NCBI RefSeq assembly: GCF_001481685.1
Contig: NZ_CP006867.1
Location: forward strand, 1,362,665 to 1,394,664
From: Ignicoccus islandicus DSM 13165
GTDB lineage: Archaea; Thermoproteota; Thermoprotei_A; Sulfolobales; Ignicoccaceae
Reading direction: 5' to 3'
DNA: 32,000 bases
Part shown: piece by piece, positions 24,349-32,000 of the stretch
Layout of the letters: every line of letters begins with the position of its first letter
How positions within the stretch are numbered: position 1 is the stretch's first letter
Translations under genes and position numbers: made by a program
The notes under the pieces: model-generated
Told to the model about the DNA's origin: nothing
The model's input: only the letters and a program-made list of their open reading frames with translations
Databases searched by the model: none

Positions 24349-25404
24349 TTAGTTAATAATATCTGTTAGCATCCCTCGTTGATGTGCAATCTTTATTTCT
24401 CTAGCTATCCTCCTTCCAACGCTCATGGGCTCGTCCCAGTAGTAATAGCTATAGGGGCTACCATTTACGTATATGTTAGTTCCCGCTACTATTCTCCCGG
24501 AGAACTCGAATACGACTATTTCACCATCATCTTTAACTATAGATTCCAAGCAGAAAGGTCCGACCAATTCCTCTCCTACGAACTTCTTAGTTGCATTAAC
24601 GAAGTTCTCTGCGTATTCGTAGACTTTGATAAGTAGGCTTTCCCTTAGAACCATAGGGATGTTACCAATAACTGTAAAGGATGGCATTACTCCTATTTCA
24701 TCTAGAATCCGTGGGGGTAGTCTTCGTAGGCCATCTACGTTGCTTTCATACCTTATATCCATTCCGGTTATTTCAATTCTATTCATGATCTTCGAGTTAA
24801 ATATATGAAAGTAGGCCGGTACGCCTATAACGTATTCCTGAATTATGTAATTACGATCCTTCAGACCCAATTTTTCGAGTCCTCTCTTCACCTCATCTGA
24901 AGAAGTTGCTATGAAGTAACCTCTACCGCCCTTCGCTCCACCGAGCTTTACTATTACAGGGCGATCAACTTCGTCTGGACTGTTGAATCGTTTTGGTATT
25001 TTAATACCAGCCTTTTCTAGTAGTTCCATTTTCTTATCTTGCTCGGATTCCCAGAGCAAGATCTTTCTACTCCCAAAGACAGGAACTTTGAAGTCGTTCA
25101 CAATGGAATGAGCACCAATATACTCAACGAAACTACCGTGAGGTATAACTATCGCGTTCTTGCTTATCAAGTACTCTTGTGTTTCTCTATTAAGTATTTC
25201 TTTCCATTCATTAACAATTATAAACTCATCTATTAAGTGATTGAAGTTTCTATAGAACTTAAGTCGATCCTCTTTAACTATTAATATAGTTCTTAAACCT
25301 TCTTTCTTTGCGCCATGAAGTAATTGAAGTGAACTATGACTTGCTACAGTTGCTAGAGAAACGTCTCCTTTATGGTATTCTTCTACGATTCTCTTTAACT
25401 GCAT
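24349..25404 (-). CDS. purP: 5-formaminoimidazole-4-carboxamide ribonucleotide (FAICAR) synthetase PurP
   Basis: The N-terminal [26 protein letters not shown] and an ATP-grasp body ([24 protein letters not shown]). 351 aa, typical of archaeal PurP. Confidence 0.88.
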   Translation of the reverse strand: MQLKRIVEEYHKGDVSLATVASHSSLQLLHGAKKEGLRTILIVKEDRLKFYRNFNHLIDEFIIVNEWKEILNRETQEYLISKNAIVIPHGSFVEYIGAHSIVNDFKVPVFGSRKILLWESEQDKKMELLEKAGIKIPKRFNSPDEVDRPVIVKLGGAKGGRGYFIATSSDEVKRGLEKLGLKDRNYIIQEYVIGVPAYFHIFNSKIMNRIEITGMDIRYESNVDGLRRLPPRILDEIGVMPSFTVIGNIPMVLRESLLIKVYEYAENFVNATKKFVGEELVGPFCLESIVKDDGEIVVFEFSGRIVAGTNIYVNGSPYSYYYWDEPMSVGRRIAREIKIAHQRGMLTDIIN

Positions 25405-25460
25405 ACGCGGACGTCCCTCTTTGAAGGGTTCATCATTTAAGTAAAAGTACCCTTTGCTTA

Positions 25461-26432
25461 GTGAGATTGATGGGGAGATGGACTGCGATGTCCGCTGTGA
25501 GGGCTAACGAACTAGATGCAGCGATAAATAAAGCGGTTACGTGGTTAAAGAGAAAGCAACTGCCATGTGGGGGTTGGGGTGGATGTGATAGTTCTCAGAC
25601 TGGTTTAACTGGTCTGATCGTGGTTGCCCTTGTAGATAGTGGTATACCTCTCTATGACATGAGTATAGTTCAAGCGGTTAGATTCATAATAAGTAAACAG
25701 CGAGATGATGGATTCTTTCAATGGAGTGGTAGCGGACCTGGATCATACTATGGATCTGCGAGAGCTATGTTAGGGGTTTTAGCTGGAACTCCTAGGGACG
25801 AACTCGCTTCAGTTAGAGTTGCGATAGAGAAAAATATTAACGCTCTCTCTGATGGTGAGCTAAGCTGCGGAGGGTGGGAGGCTAATCCTGGAACAGGTTT
25901 AAGCCATTGGAGCTCAGCGGAAGTGCTTTTCTCAATATGGTACGCTGGAACTTTATTCATTAATGAAGATTGGAGATGTCCGCTTAACTACTACGTAAGA
26001 TTCCGTAAGTGGTTCCTGAAATCCCAAAGCTCTCTAGGATCATGGGACGGAAACTGTATTGACTGCACCGCGCGAATACTCACCTTCCTAAATCTCTATG
26101 GTTACAGTGGCCCTGAAACCATATCGGCCACTCAGTTCTTGTTAGCACAACAAGAGCCCGACGGTAGAGTGGGCGAAAGTCCTTGGGCTACTGCGTGGTT
26201 CATGTTAGGGTTAATAACACTCAACGTTGAAGATAGGTTAATTCAAGAACAAGCACGTGGCGCCGCTCGAAGAGCTCTTCAAGTATTGTTAGAGTCCCAA
26301 CTCGAAGACGGTGGTTGGCCTATATTCTATGACAGTGATACGTCTTTCGAGACTGTTACTGCCACAGTTCTATGGGCGTTAGCAGTTTATAGGAACTCGT
26401 TAAAGGGCGTTAAATCGGTATTAGGTGTATAA
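25461..26432 (+). CDS. prenyltransferase/squalene-oxidase-repeat (alpha/alpha-toroid) protein without a DxDD motif
   Basis: About six QW-like repeats: CGGWGG, DGFFQW, CGGWEA, LGSWDG, DGRVGE and DGGWPI. No DxDD motif and no signal peptide seen. Start is GTG 25461, or ATG 25470 or 25488. Confidence 0.7.
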   Translation: MRLMGRWTAMSAVRANELDAAINKAVTWLKRKQLPCGGWGGCDSSQTGLTGLIVVALVDSGIPLYDMSIVQAVRFIISKQRDDGFFQWSGSGPGSYYGSARAMLGVLAGTPRDELASVRVAIEKNINALSDGELSCGGWEANPGTGLSHWSSAEVLFSIWYAGTLFINEDWRCPLNYYVRFRKWFLKSQSSLGSWDGNCIDCTARILTFLNLYGYSGPETISATQFLLAQQEPDGRVGESPWATAWFMLGLITLNVEDRLIQEQARGAARRALQVLLESQLEDGGWPIFYDSDTSFETVTATVLWALAVYRNSLKGVKSVLGV

Positions 26433-26436
26433 AGCT

Positions 26437-27567
26437 ATGGGAAAGGTGTCTATAGTAATACCAACATACAACGAAAAGGAAAACGTTGAAGTACTTTTAG
26501 AAAAACTTAAAGACATACTAGAGAAAGAGAATATAGATTACGAAATAATAATTGTTGACGATAACTCGCCCGATGGAACTGCCGAAGCAGCAAGGAGGAG
26601 AGCAAGGGAGCTTGGGATAGAAGATAAAGTAAAAGTAATAGTTAGAAAGAACGAACGAGGTTTAAGTAGCGCAGTATTAAGAGGATTCGAGAAGGCCGAG
26701 GGGGATGTTATAGTTGTTATGGATGCTGACTTACAACATCCACCCGAAGTGGTGCCTAAGCTAGTTCGTAAAATCGTGGAAGAAAACTGCGATATAGTTG
26801 TAGCAACGAGGTATTCAAAAGAAGGAGGAATAAAGGAGTGGAGTCCAATCCGTAAGATAATTAGTAAAGGTGCTTCGATTTTGTCATGGATATTGTTACC
26901 GAAGTCAAGGGGACTTAGTGATCCAATGAGCGGATTCTTTGCAATTAAGAAAAATGTGATAGAAGAACCACTAAAGAAGGGAATATTTAATCCAAAAGGG
27001 TTTAAAATACTGCTTGAGATTATAGCTAAATCTAATTACAAGAAGCTATGTGAAGTACCATATATATTTCAAAAACGATATAGTGGTACTTCGAAGCTTA
27101 ACCAGAAAGTAATTTTAGAATACGTAATACATCTCTTGGAACTGGCACGATATACTGGAGAACTGAAGAGGATGTTCAAGTTTGCGTTCGTCGGTTTACT
27201 TGGTATATTCGTCAACGAAGGCTTTCTATATTTATCCTATGAAATACTGGGACTTCGCGAATTGTCTCAACTCGGTCTACTTCTGTCCTCAGCCATAGGA
27301 TTCGAGGCGAGCGTTATCTTTAACTTCTTAATTCACGACAAGTACACGTTTCGTGATTTAATAGATACATTTACTCTGAATGCCAAACTGAAGCGGTTTG
27401 TGCATTATCATAATGCAAGTATATTAGGACTAGCTATACAAGTGACTGTGTTGTTCGCTTTAGTGTCAATGGGTATACATTATCTGATAGCAAACTTGAT
27501 AGGTATTATAATGGGCATGAGCGTTAGATATAGCTATAGCATCCTCAAAGCATGGTCACAATCTTAA
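26437..27567 (+). CDS. dolichol-phosphate mannosyltransferase-like GT2 fused to a GtrA-like 4-TM domain
   Basis: VSIVIPTYNEKEN, IIVDDNSPDGT, VMDADLQHPPE (DxD) and MSGFFAIKK, then C-terminal hydrophobic helices with the GtrA-like FAFVGLLGIFVNEG. ATG 26437 lies 4 nt after the upstream stop, with GGTG upstream. Confidence 0.8.
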   Translation: MGKVSIVIPTYNEKENVEVLLEKLKDILEKENIDYEIIIVDDNSPDGTAEAARRRARELGIEDKVKVIVRKNERGLSSAVLRGFEKAEGDVIVVMDADLQHPPEVVPKLVRKIVEENCDIVVATRYSKEGGIKEWSPIRKIISKGASILSWILLPKSRGLSDPMSGFFAIKKNVIEEPLKKGIFNPKGFKILLEIIAKSNYKKLCEVPYIFQKRYSGTSKLNQKVILEYVIHLLELARYTGELKRMFKFAFVGLLGIFVNEGFLYLSYEILGLRELSQLGLLLSSAIGFEASVIFNFLIHDKYTFRDLIDTFTLNAKLKRFVHYHNASILGLAIQVTVLFALVSMGIHYLIANLIGIIMGMSVRYSYSILKAWSQS

Positions 27568-28275
27568 GTTTAAGAAACTCAAAAGACAGTCAAATCCATT
27601 TTCAATTTCGTTAATGAGTTCACCCTTTACTATAATGTCTTCTATCCACATAATTAAGGATATCGTGATTATTGATAACAGTGGACTTAACAGTATATGA
27701 GAAGTCATGAGATCTAATGAGAATATTTCACTTGCCTTTATTATTAACGCTACGCGAAGAGCATTTAAAGGATATACTAAAAGTATCGAGGTAATGGCAG
27801 CGAGGAGCTTCCTACTGATTGAAGTAGTAAGGGGTACCAGCATAGCTAGTAACATAGGGATAGCGCGTAGTGATGAGCATCCAACTAGATATCCTACGAG
27901 GCCTATGTTTTCAACTCTTATGAATGGTCCATAGTTAGTGAAAACCATTTTAGCTTTTATGCCAATTATTTGGAATATTGCGTCGTTGAAAAATATGTCC
28001 GGCTTGAATAAAGGCTCTAGATAAGACCAAGGTACTAAGTTTAACAATCTCGGCAAAAAGTACCCTGAGAAAGCCATGAATAGAACGAGTAACCCCCTCT
28101 TACATTTACTGTTTGATGAAAGGAGAATAGGGATCCAGAGAAGTTCAATTAGGATAACTTCCCAATATTCGAGCTCACCTCCAAGTGTGTGAATAATTAA
28201 AGCATGAGTTGTAATTGCTAGCAAAGAGATTGTAGATAACGCTCTCAATAATCCAGCTTTGTCAGCAACCTTCAA
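27556..28275 (-). CDS. exosortase/archaeosortase-family integral membrane protein (short form)
   Basis: Polytopic membrane protein with the family triad context: VGCSSLRAI (Cys), PLNALRVALI (Arg) and TSHILLSP (His). TTG start. The 3' end overlaps the convergent GT2 gene by 12 nt. Confidence 0.65.
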   Translation of the reverse strand: MKVADKAGLLRALSTISLLAITTHALIIHTLGGELEYWEVILIELLWIPILLSSNSKCKRGLLVLFMAFSGYFLPRLLNLVPWSYLEPLFKPDIFFNDAIFQIIGIKAKMVFTNYGPFIRVENIGLVGYLVGCSSLRAIPMLLAMLVPLTTSISRKLLAAITSILLVYPLNALRVALIIKASEIFSLDLMTSHILLSPLLSIITISLIMWIEDIIVKGELINEIENGFDCLLSFLNLRL

Positions 28276-28478
28276 TCCGATGGAACCCTCGGGCTACGCG
28301 AATCTGAAGAATAATAATAGCACTCGTATTCATCTAAATTCGGTATTATTCCAAACGTCTACGAAATTAATATGTAAAATAATATGATGGCGATAAGTGG
28401 TCACAGAAAAACAAAAAAGCTTAGTCATACCCGCTTAGCCCTTCTTAAGCTTATCCCAAGAGCTATAACGATAATGGG

Positions 28479-29132
28479 TTGGTTGAGATGAGCTCTCTAG
28501 TAGACTTCGGAAGAATATGGGAAGAAGGATTTAAGGGAGGGAGGAAACTATTCGGTCTAAAGGAAGAAAAACCACAAGAACCTCTTAAAAGGAAAGTATT
28601 CAAAGCGAAGTATCAACTCAGAAAACAAATTGACAAAATAAGCTTCATGATAAACAAGCTCAAGGAACGGGATGAACAACTGTTCACGAAACTGGTTGAT
28701 GCCATAATGAATCACGATCAACTAAGGGCCAAGGTCTTCGCTTCGGAGATAGCAGAAGTTAGGAAACTAGCGAGATCGTTATACTTCACGCAAGTCGCTC
28801 TCGAAAAGCTAGAAAATAGATTGGACCTATTCATTACACTAGGGGATTCGGCAAGTACAATAGCACCCATAGTACCTATACTCGATATGCTGAAGAGAGA
28901 GGTAATGAGACAAGTACCGGAAATAGGTATAGAAATAAGTAAGATTTATGACGATTTAGAGAACGTAGTAACCGAGACGGGTCTCTACGATGAGTTAACT
29001 GGTGACACGATACTGACTAGTGAGGCTAGGAAGATACTAGAAGAGGCGAAAGCAATAGCCGAACAAAACATGAAGGAGGAATTCCCCTCTATAAATATAC
29101 AGCAAGAAATCGGGAAGTCGAAGTTAGGCTAA
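28479..29132 (+). CDS. ESCRT-III/Snf7-family (CdvB-like) protein, with no adjacent cdvA or cdvC
   Basis: Helical hairpin layout: KAKYQLRKQIDKISFMINKLKERDEQLFTKLVDAIMNHDQLRAKVFASEIAEVRKLARSLYFTQVALEKLENRL, followed by shorter helices and an acidic tail. Start is TTG 28479 or ATG 28488. Confidence 0.5.
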   Translation: MVEMSSLVDFGRIWEEGFKGGRKLFGLKEEKPQEPLKRKVFKAKYQLRKQIDKISFMINKLKERDEQLFTKLVDAIMNHDQLRAKVFASEIAEVRKLARSLYFTQVALEKLENRLDLFITLGDSASTIAPIVPILDMLKREVMRQVPEIGIEISKIYDDLENVVTETGLYDELTGDTILTSEARKILEEAKAIAEQNMKEEFPSINIQQEIGKSKLG

Positions 29133-29140
29133 GCTTTGTG

Positions 29141-29866
29141 TCATAGAACACCGTATTCAGGAGCTTCTTTCCAAGCGGGATCACCATGTTTGAGTGCTAC
29201 AGTGCTTGAAGCAACGGCCTTGGTTGAATCTCTTTCATAAATATAGCTTTTATAATAGCTTAGCTCTGGTTCATCGCACTTACATTCCCAAGCGTAGCCG
29301 GCATTGCCAAAGGCATCCACGAAGAAAACTACGGCCCCGCTGCCCTCTGGAACGTTGTCTTCAAGCCACCCCTTTATATTCATTGCTGTAACTAGTGGCT
29401 TTTCATTATATGCTTCTAGAACCGCCCATGCTACTGCAGCCGTATCAGCTAGGACGTTTTTCTTCATTAGACGTAGTAGCGGATCCGGTGCATCTAGCAT
29501 TTTGGGATCTATGGTACCGTTGTATCCTATCCAAACAACGTTGGAAATTCCTACGGGCTGTATGTTCTGGGTAAACTCCTCGGTTCCTTCTATGCTAGTC
29601 TTTCTAGCATGAATAAGTAGGGTAGATTCACTATAATACCGATTTAATAGGTCTATTCCCGGTTCATCGGTCCAGATCGGTTTGGGGGACCGGTACTCTA
29701 TATATCTATTTTTATTCGTTATTACTATAAATCCCCAACCATCCGGATGGTTTGGCTCTTTTTTACTGCCCCATCTTTTAGCTCCTAGCGGATCATGAAG
29801 TGCAGCAGATATCATTGCATTTATTAAATCTTGCGTGGGGTTTCGTGCGAGTAACATCCGGCACAA
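29141..29866 (-). CDS. class II (Ntn) glutamine amidotransferase, YafJ-like
   Basis: The TTG start gives M-C-R-M-L-L, with the obligatory N-terminal nucleophile Cys at position 2. HPDGWGF is also present. Confidence 0.75.
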   Translation of the reverse strand: MCRMLLARNPTQDLINAMISAALHDPLGAKRWGSKKEPNHPDGWGFIVITNKNRYIEYRSPKPIWTDEPGIDLLNRYYSESTLLIHARKTSIEGTEEFTQNIQPVGISNVVWIGYNGTIDPKMLDAPDPLLRLMKKNVLADTAAVAWAVLEAYNEKPLVTAMNIKGWLEDNVPEGSGAVVFFVDAFGNAGYAWECKCDEPELSYYKSYIYERDSTKAVASSTVALKHGDPAWKEAPEYGVL

Positions 29867-29897
29867 GGTTCTATAGCACCTCTTGGGAACTTGCGGG

Positions 29898-30065
29898 TTA
29901 GGGTAGTAAGATAGAGATCACTGATTGCGTCTCGTTAAGTTTCTCTTGAAGGTGCATTGCCGAGGCAGCTATTAGTATCGTCTGAAGCAAATAAGTAATG
30001 AGTAACAGTAGCCCACCTAGAGTAATCTCTATACCCAGGATATTTATTAAAGCGGCTTTTTTCAC
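29898..30065 (-). CDS. small (55-aa) putative single-pass membrane protein, absent from the ORF track
   Basis: GTG start preceded by GGTGAGG-TTAA. My hand translation is MKKAALINILGIEITLGGLLLLITYLLQTILIAASAMHLQEKLNETQSVISILLP. It ends 31 nt upstream of the GATase gene on the same strand. Confidence 0.35.
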   Translation of the reverse strand: MKKAALINILGIEITLGGLLLLITYLLQTILIAASAMHLQEKLNETQSVISILLP

Positions 30066-30262
30066 TTAACCTCACCGTTATCCTAAACATCCAACAAGGA
30101 TATTTGAGGTCATCTTAATATATGTCATATATACCACTTTGAGATAATTACCTTAAAACTAATAGTTATTTCGTAGGATATCGGGGATGGGATATAGCAA
30201 GTAGACTTTTCGAGTTTCTGGGTGATGTTAAGAAACTAATAGATCACGAAATCGAAACTTTC

Positions 30263-31183
30263 TTGCAAGGTTCACCTGATATTTTATATAAAGCAGCTCA
30301 ACACCTTCCTAAAGCAGGTGGAAAAAGACTAAGGCCAGCACTAGTCATACTAGTTAGTAAGGCCCTAGGAGGTACGTTAGAGAACGCAATCTATCCAGCA
30401 TTGTCGATTGAATTAATGCATAATTTCACATTAGTTCATGATGATATAATGGATCGCGATGAAAAAAGAAGAGGAATACCAACAGTTCATGTAATCTACG
30501 GCGAACCAATGGCGATCTTGGCCGGGGACCTCTTATATGCTAAATCGTACGAAGCGTTGCTAAAATCTCGACTAGCACCAGATATTCTCAAGAAAATGAC
30601 TGAAGTTCTAACTTGGGCTGCTGTAACGCTAGCAGAAGGACAAGCACTCGATATGACCTTTGAAGAGAGATGGGATGTAAGCGAAGAAGAATACATGGAA
30701 ATGATAAACAAGAAGACGGGATCTCTATTTGCAGCTTCAGCAATGTTGGGCGGACTCGCTGCTAACAGAGCAGACCTTCAAGAACAACTTAAAGAGTTAG
30801 GCTCGAAAATGGGGGTTGCGTTTCAGATACGCGATGACCTATTATCCTTAATAGGTGACGAAAGTAAAACTGGTAAAAGTAAATATAATGACTTACGTGA
30901 GGGCAAGAAAACACTGATTGTTATAAAGGCGTTGGAAAGAGCTTCATCAACGCAACTAGAGACTTTGAAAAATATTTTGGGTAAGAAGGATGCTAGCCTA
31001 GACGAACTAGAGAGGGCATTTAGAATATTAGAAGAAACTGGAGCGCTTGAATATGCGCAAAGGAAAGCAGAGGAGCTCGCGGAAAGAGCAATATCTATAG
31101 TGAAATCATTACCCGTTGTTGACGAAGATGCCCGTAATATACTTATCGAACTAATAGAATTTGGCATAAAGAGGGAATACTAG
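30263..31183 (+). CDS. idsA: geranylgeranyl diphosphate synthase (short-chain trans-prenyltransferase). The true N-terminus is probably upstream.
   Basis: GGKRLRP, the first Asp-rich motif LVHDDIMDRDEKRRG and the second FQIRDDLLS, plus KTGKS...DLREGKKT. The frame stays open back to 30143 and encodes a family-like N-terminal helix without any ATG/GTG/TTG (see findings). Confidence 0.9.
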   Translation: MQGSPDILYKAAQHLPKAGGKRLRPALVILVSKALGGTLENAIYPALSIELMHNFTLVHDDIMDRDEKRRGIPTVHVIYGEPMAILAGDLLYAKSYEALLKSRLAPDILKKMTEVLTWAAVTLAEGQALDMTFEERWDVSEEEYMEMINKKTGSLFAASAMLGGLAANRADLQEQLKELGSKMGVAFQIRDDLLSLIGDESKTGKSKYNDLREGKKTLIVIKALERASSTQLETLKNILGKKDASLDELERAFRILEETGALEYAQRKAEELAERAISIVKSLPVVDEDARNILIELIEFGIKREY

Positions 31184-31185
31184 AG

Positions 31186-31677
31186 ATGTCGGTATACGAA
31201 TTCCCGAAATTATTTGTTGAAGGAATTGACGGTGAAGAATATTTAGAGATAACAGACAATAGTGCAAAGATATCGAAAGAACCCTCATCTCCTAAACTCG
31301 GAAAAGTACCTCTAGAAATTGATCTTGAGGAGATAGTAGATCTGCTTGGCGAAAGGGTAAAGCGATCCTTCGCTGTATATAATCCACGAAAAAAGGTCGT
31401 TATTTACGTTAGAGAAGGCACACCAATTAAGATCTTGAGGGTTGATCACAAAAAAGTATTAATTGAGTTAAGTGAAGGAGATGAAATAAATTTGGACAGT
31501 ACGTATGCCCATGGAATAACATCGAAAGGTGAGTATAGAAGATTTCGCAGCAAGGTGAAAGGAATAGTAGTTCTGGTTCACTGGAAACCTTTGGGAGGAA
31601 GGGACATTTATCACGTTATAGTGGCGGAAAGAAATGCTGTGAAGATGGTTCCCTTAAGTGATGGGAAGGATTATTAG
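31186..31677 (+). CDS. hypothetical protein with a biotin/lipoyl-like hybrid-barrel motif (DUF2118-like, tentative)
   Basis: The ATG lies 2 nt after the idsA stop. EGDEINLDSTYAHGITSKGEYRRFRSKVKGIVVLV resembles the hammerhead motif of lipoyl/biotinyl-type barrels. Confidence 0.65.
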   Translation: MSVYEFPKLFVEGIDGEEYLEITDNSAKISKEPSSPKLGKVPLEIDLEEIVDLLGERVKRSFAVYNPRKKVVIYVREGTPIKILRVDHKKVLIELSEGDEINLDSTYAHGITSKGEYRRFRSKVKGIVVLVHWKPLGGRDIYHVIVAERNAVKMVPLSDGKDY

Positions 31678-31777
31678 TGGAGCCGCCGGCGGGACTTGAA
31701 CCCGCGACCACCGGCTCTCCCGCGCAAGAGTTAAAGTCGTTACAAGGCCGGCGCTCTGCCTGCTGAGCTACGGCGGC
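31678..31777 (-). tRNA. tRNA-Thr (anticodon UGU) with a 24-nt intron at the canonical 37/38 position and a genomically encoded CCA
   Basis: The reverse complement folds as acceptor GCCGCCG/CGGCGGC, D arm GCTC-AGCAGGCA-GAGC, anticodon stem CCGGC/GCCGG with loop CTTGTA|intron|A, variable TGGTC, T arm GCGGG-TTCAAGT-CCCGC, discriminator T, then CCA. It is 100 nt in total and 76 nt after intron removal. Confidence 0.85.
31717..31740 (-). other. tRNA intron (boundaries inferred)
   Basis: Removing these 24 nt restores a 7-nt anticodon loop and a 5-bp stem. The exact cut is ambiguous by one A, and I did not verify a bulge-helix-bulge fold. Confidence 0.6.
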
Positions 31778-31800
31778 CCCATCCACCCCGATTCCGAACG

Positions 31801-31812
31801 ATATTAAAAGAT
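31801..31812 (-). promoter_or_regulatory. TATA-like box for the tRNA gene
   Basis: The minus strand reads ATCTTTTAATAT and is centred about 28-30 nt upstream of the mature tRNA 5' end (31777). This is the usual archaeal TATA distance. Confidence 0.35.
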
Positions 31813-31902
31813 AAAGCTTTCGAAATTCTACTAAGAACGTTACACTAAATAGATTAGAAGAACGAATTAATCTTAATATTGAACTACTAGCATTCGATAA
31901 GT

Positions 31903-31942
31903 CGAAAGTTTCGATTAACCAAAGTATATTACGAAAGTTTCG
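31903..31942. repeat. two copies of the near-palindrome CGAAAGTTTCG spaced 29 bp apart in a non-coding AT-rich tail
   Basis: CGAAAGTTTCG occurs at 31903-31913 and 31932-31942. A related palindrome TTTCGAAA is at 31818-31825. Confidence 0.4.
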
Positions 31943-32000
31943 GCTTTATCTCAATACTTTAAACTTCAAACCCGATAGTTACGGGTTGAGTGAAGTGAGT

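Noticed and set aside
28417-28452. A 7-bp inverted repeat AAGCTTA / TAAGCTT with a 22-nt loop, plus duplicated GCTTAG, upstream of the CdvB-like gene.
   Set aside because: It is short, built on HindIII-like palindromes, and has no supporting context. It could be an operator, but it cannot be told apart from chance here.
1-32000. A search for CRISPR arrays, IS elements, transposases, integrases, rRNA genes, prophage-like blocks and toxin-antitoxin pairs.
   Set aside because: No regularly spaced direct repeats occur other than the single 204-bp duplication. There are no transposase, integrase or Cas-like ORFs, no terminal inverted repeats and no rRNA-like GC-rich blocks. The window looks like core chromosome.

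Overview
This is a gene-dense chromosomal segment from an AT-leaning archaeon, most likely a hyperthermophilic crenarchaeon (Thermoprotei). Supporting markers are eL24, eS26, aIF5B, GatD, Pus10, TrmY, fused ThiD-ThiN, PurP, a tungsten-type AOR, an ESCRT-III/CdvB-like protein, an archaeosortase-like protein, an intron-containing tRNA and C/D-box sRNA-like elements. TTG and GTG starts are frequent, and SD-like GAGG/GGTG motifs occur inside operons. Most genes are housekeeping or central metabolism (ndk, class I fumarase, thiDN, infB, trpD, gatD, aor, purP, idsA). I see no CRISPR array, transposase, integrase or obvious defence island. Six signals deserve a second look. (1) An apparent operon of a V4R-like protein, a divergent truncated TrmY-like SPOUT paralog and pus10, with canonical trmY (coupled to rps26e) only about 3.4 kb away. 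(2) A base-perfect 204-bp in-frame tandem duplication that makes a two-module DUF2795-like protein. (3) A cell-envelope module of an alpha/alpha-toroid protein, a DPM-synthase-like GT2-GtrA fusion and a short archaeosortase-like protein. (4) Three C/D-box-like sRNA candidates flanking infB that share an unusual C' box. (5) A GC-rich structured island in a 636-bp gene-poor gap upstream of an orphan hyuB. (6) A GGPP synthase whose conserved N-terminal helix is cut off from its natural ATG by one base in a G-run. All family assignments come from motif recognition by eye. No searches were run.
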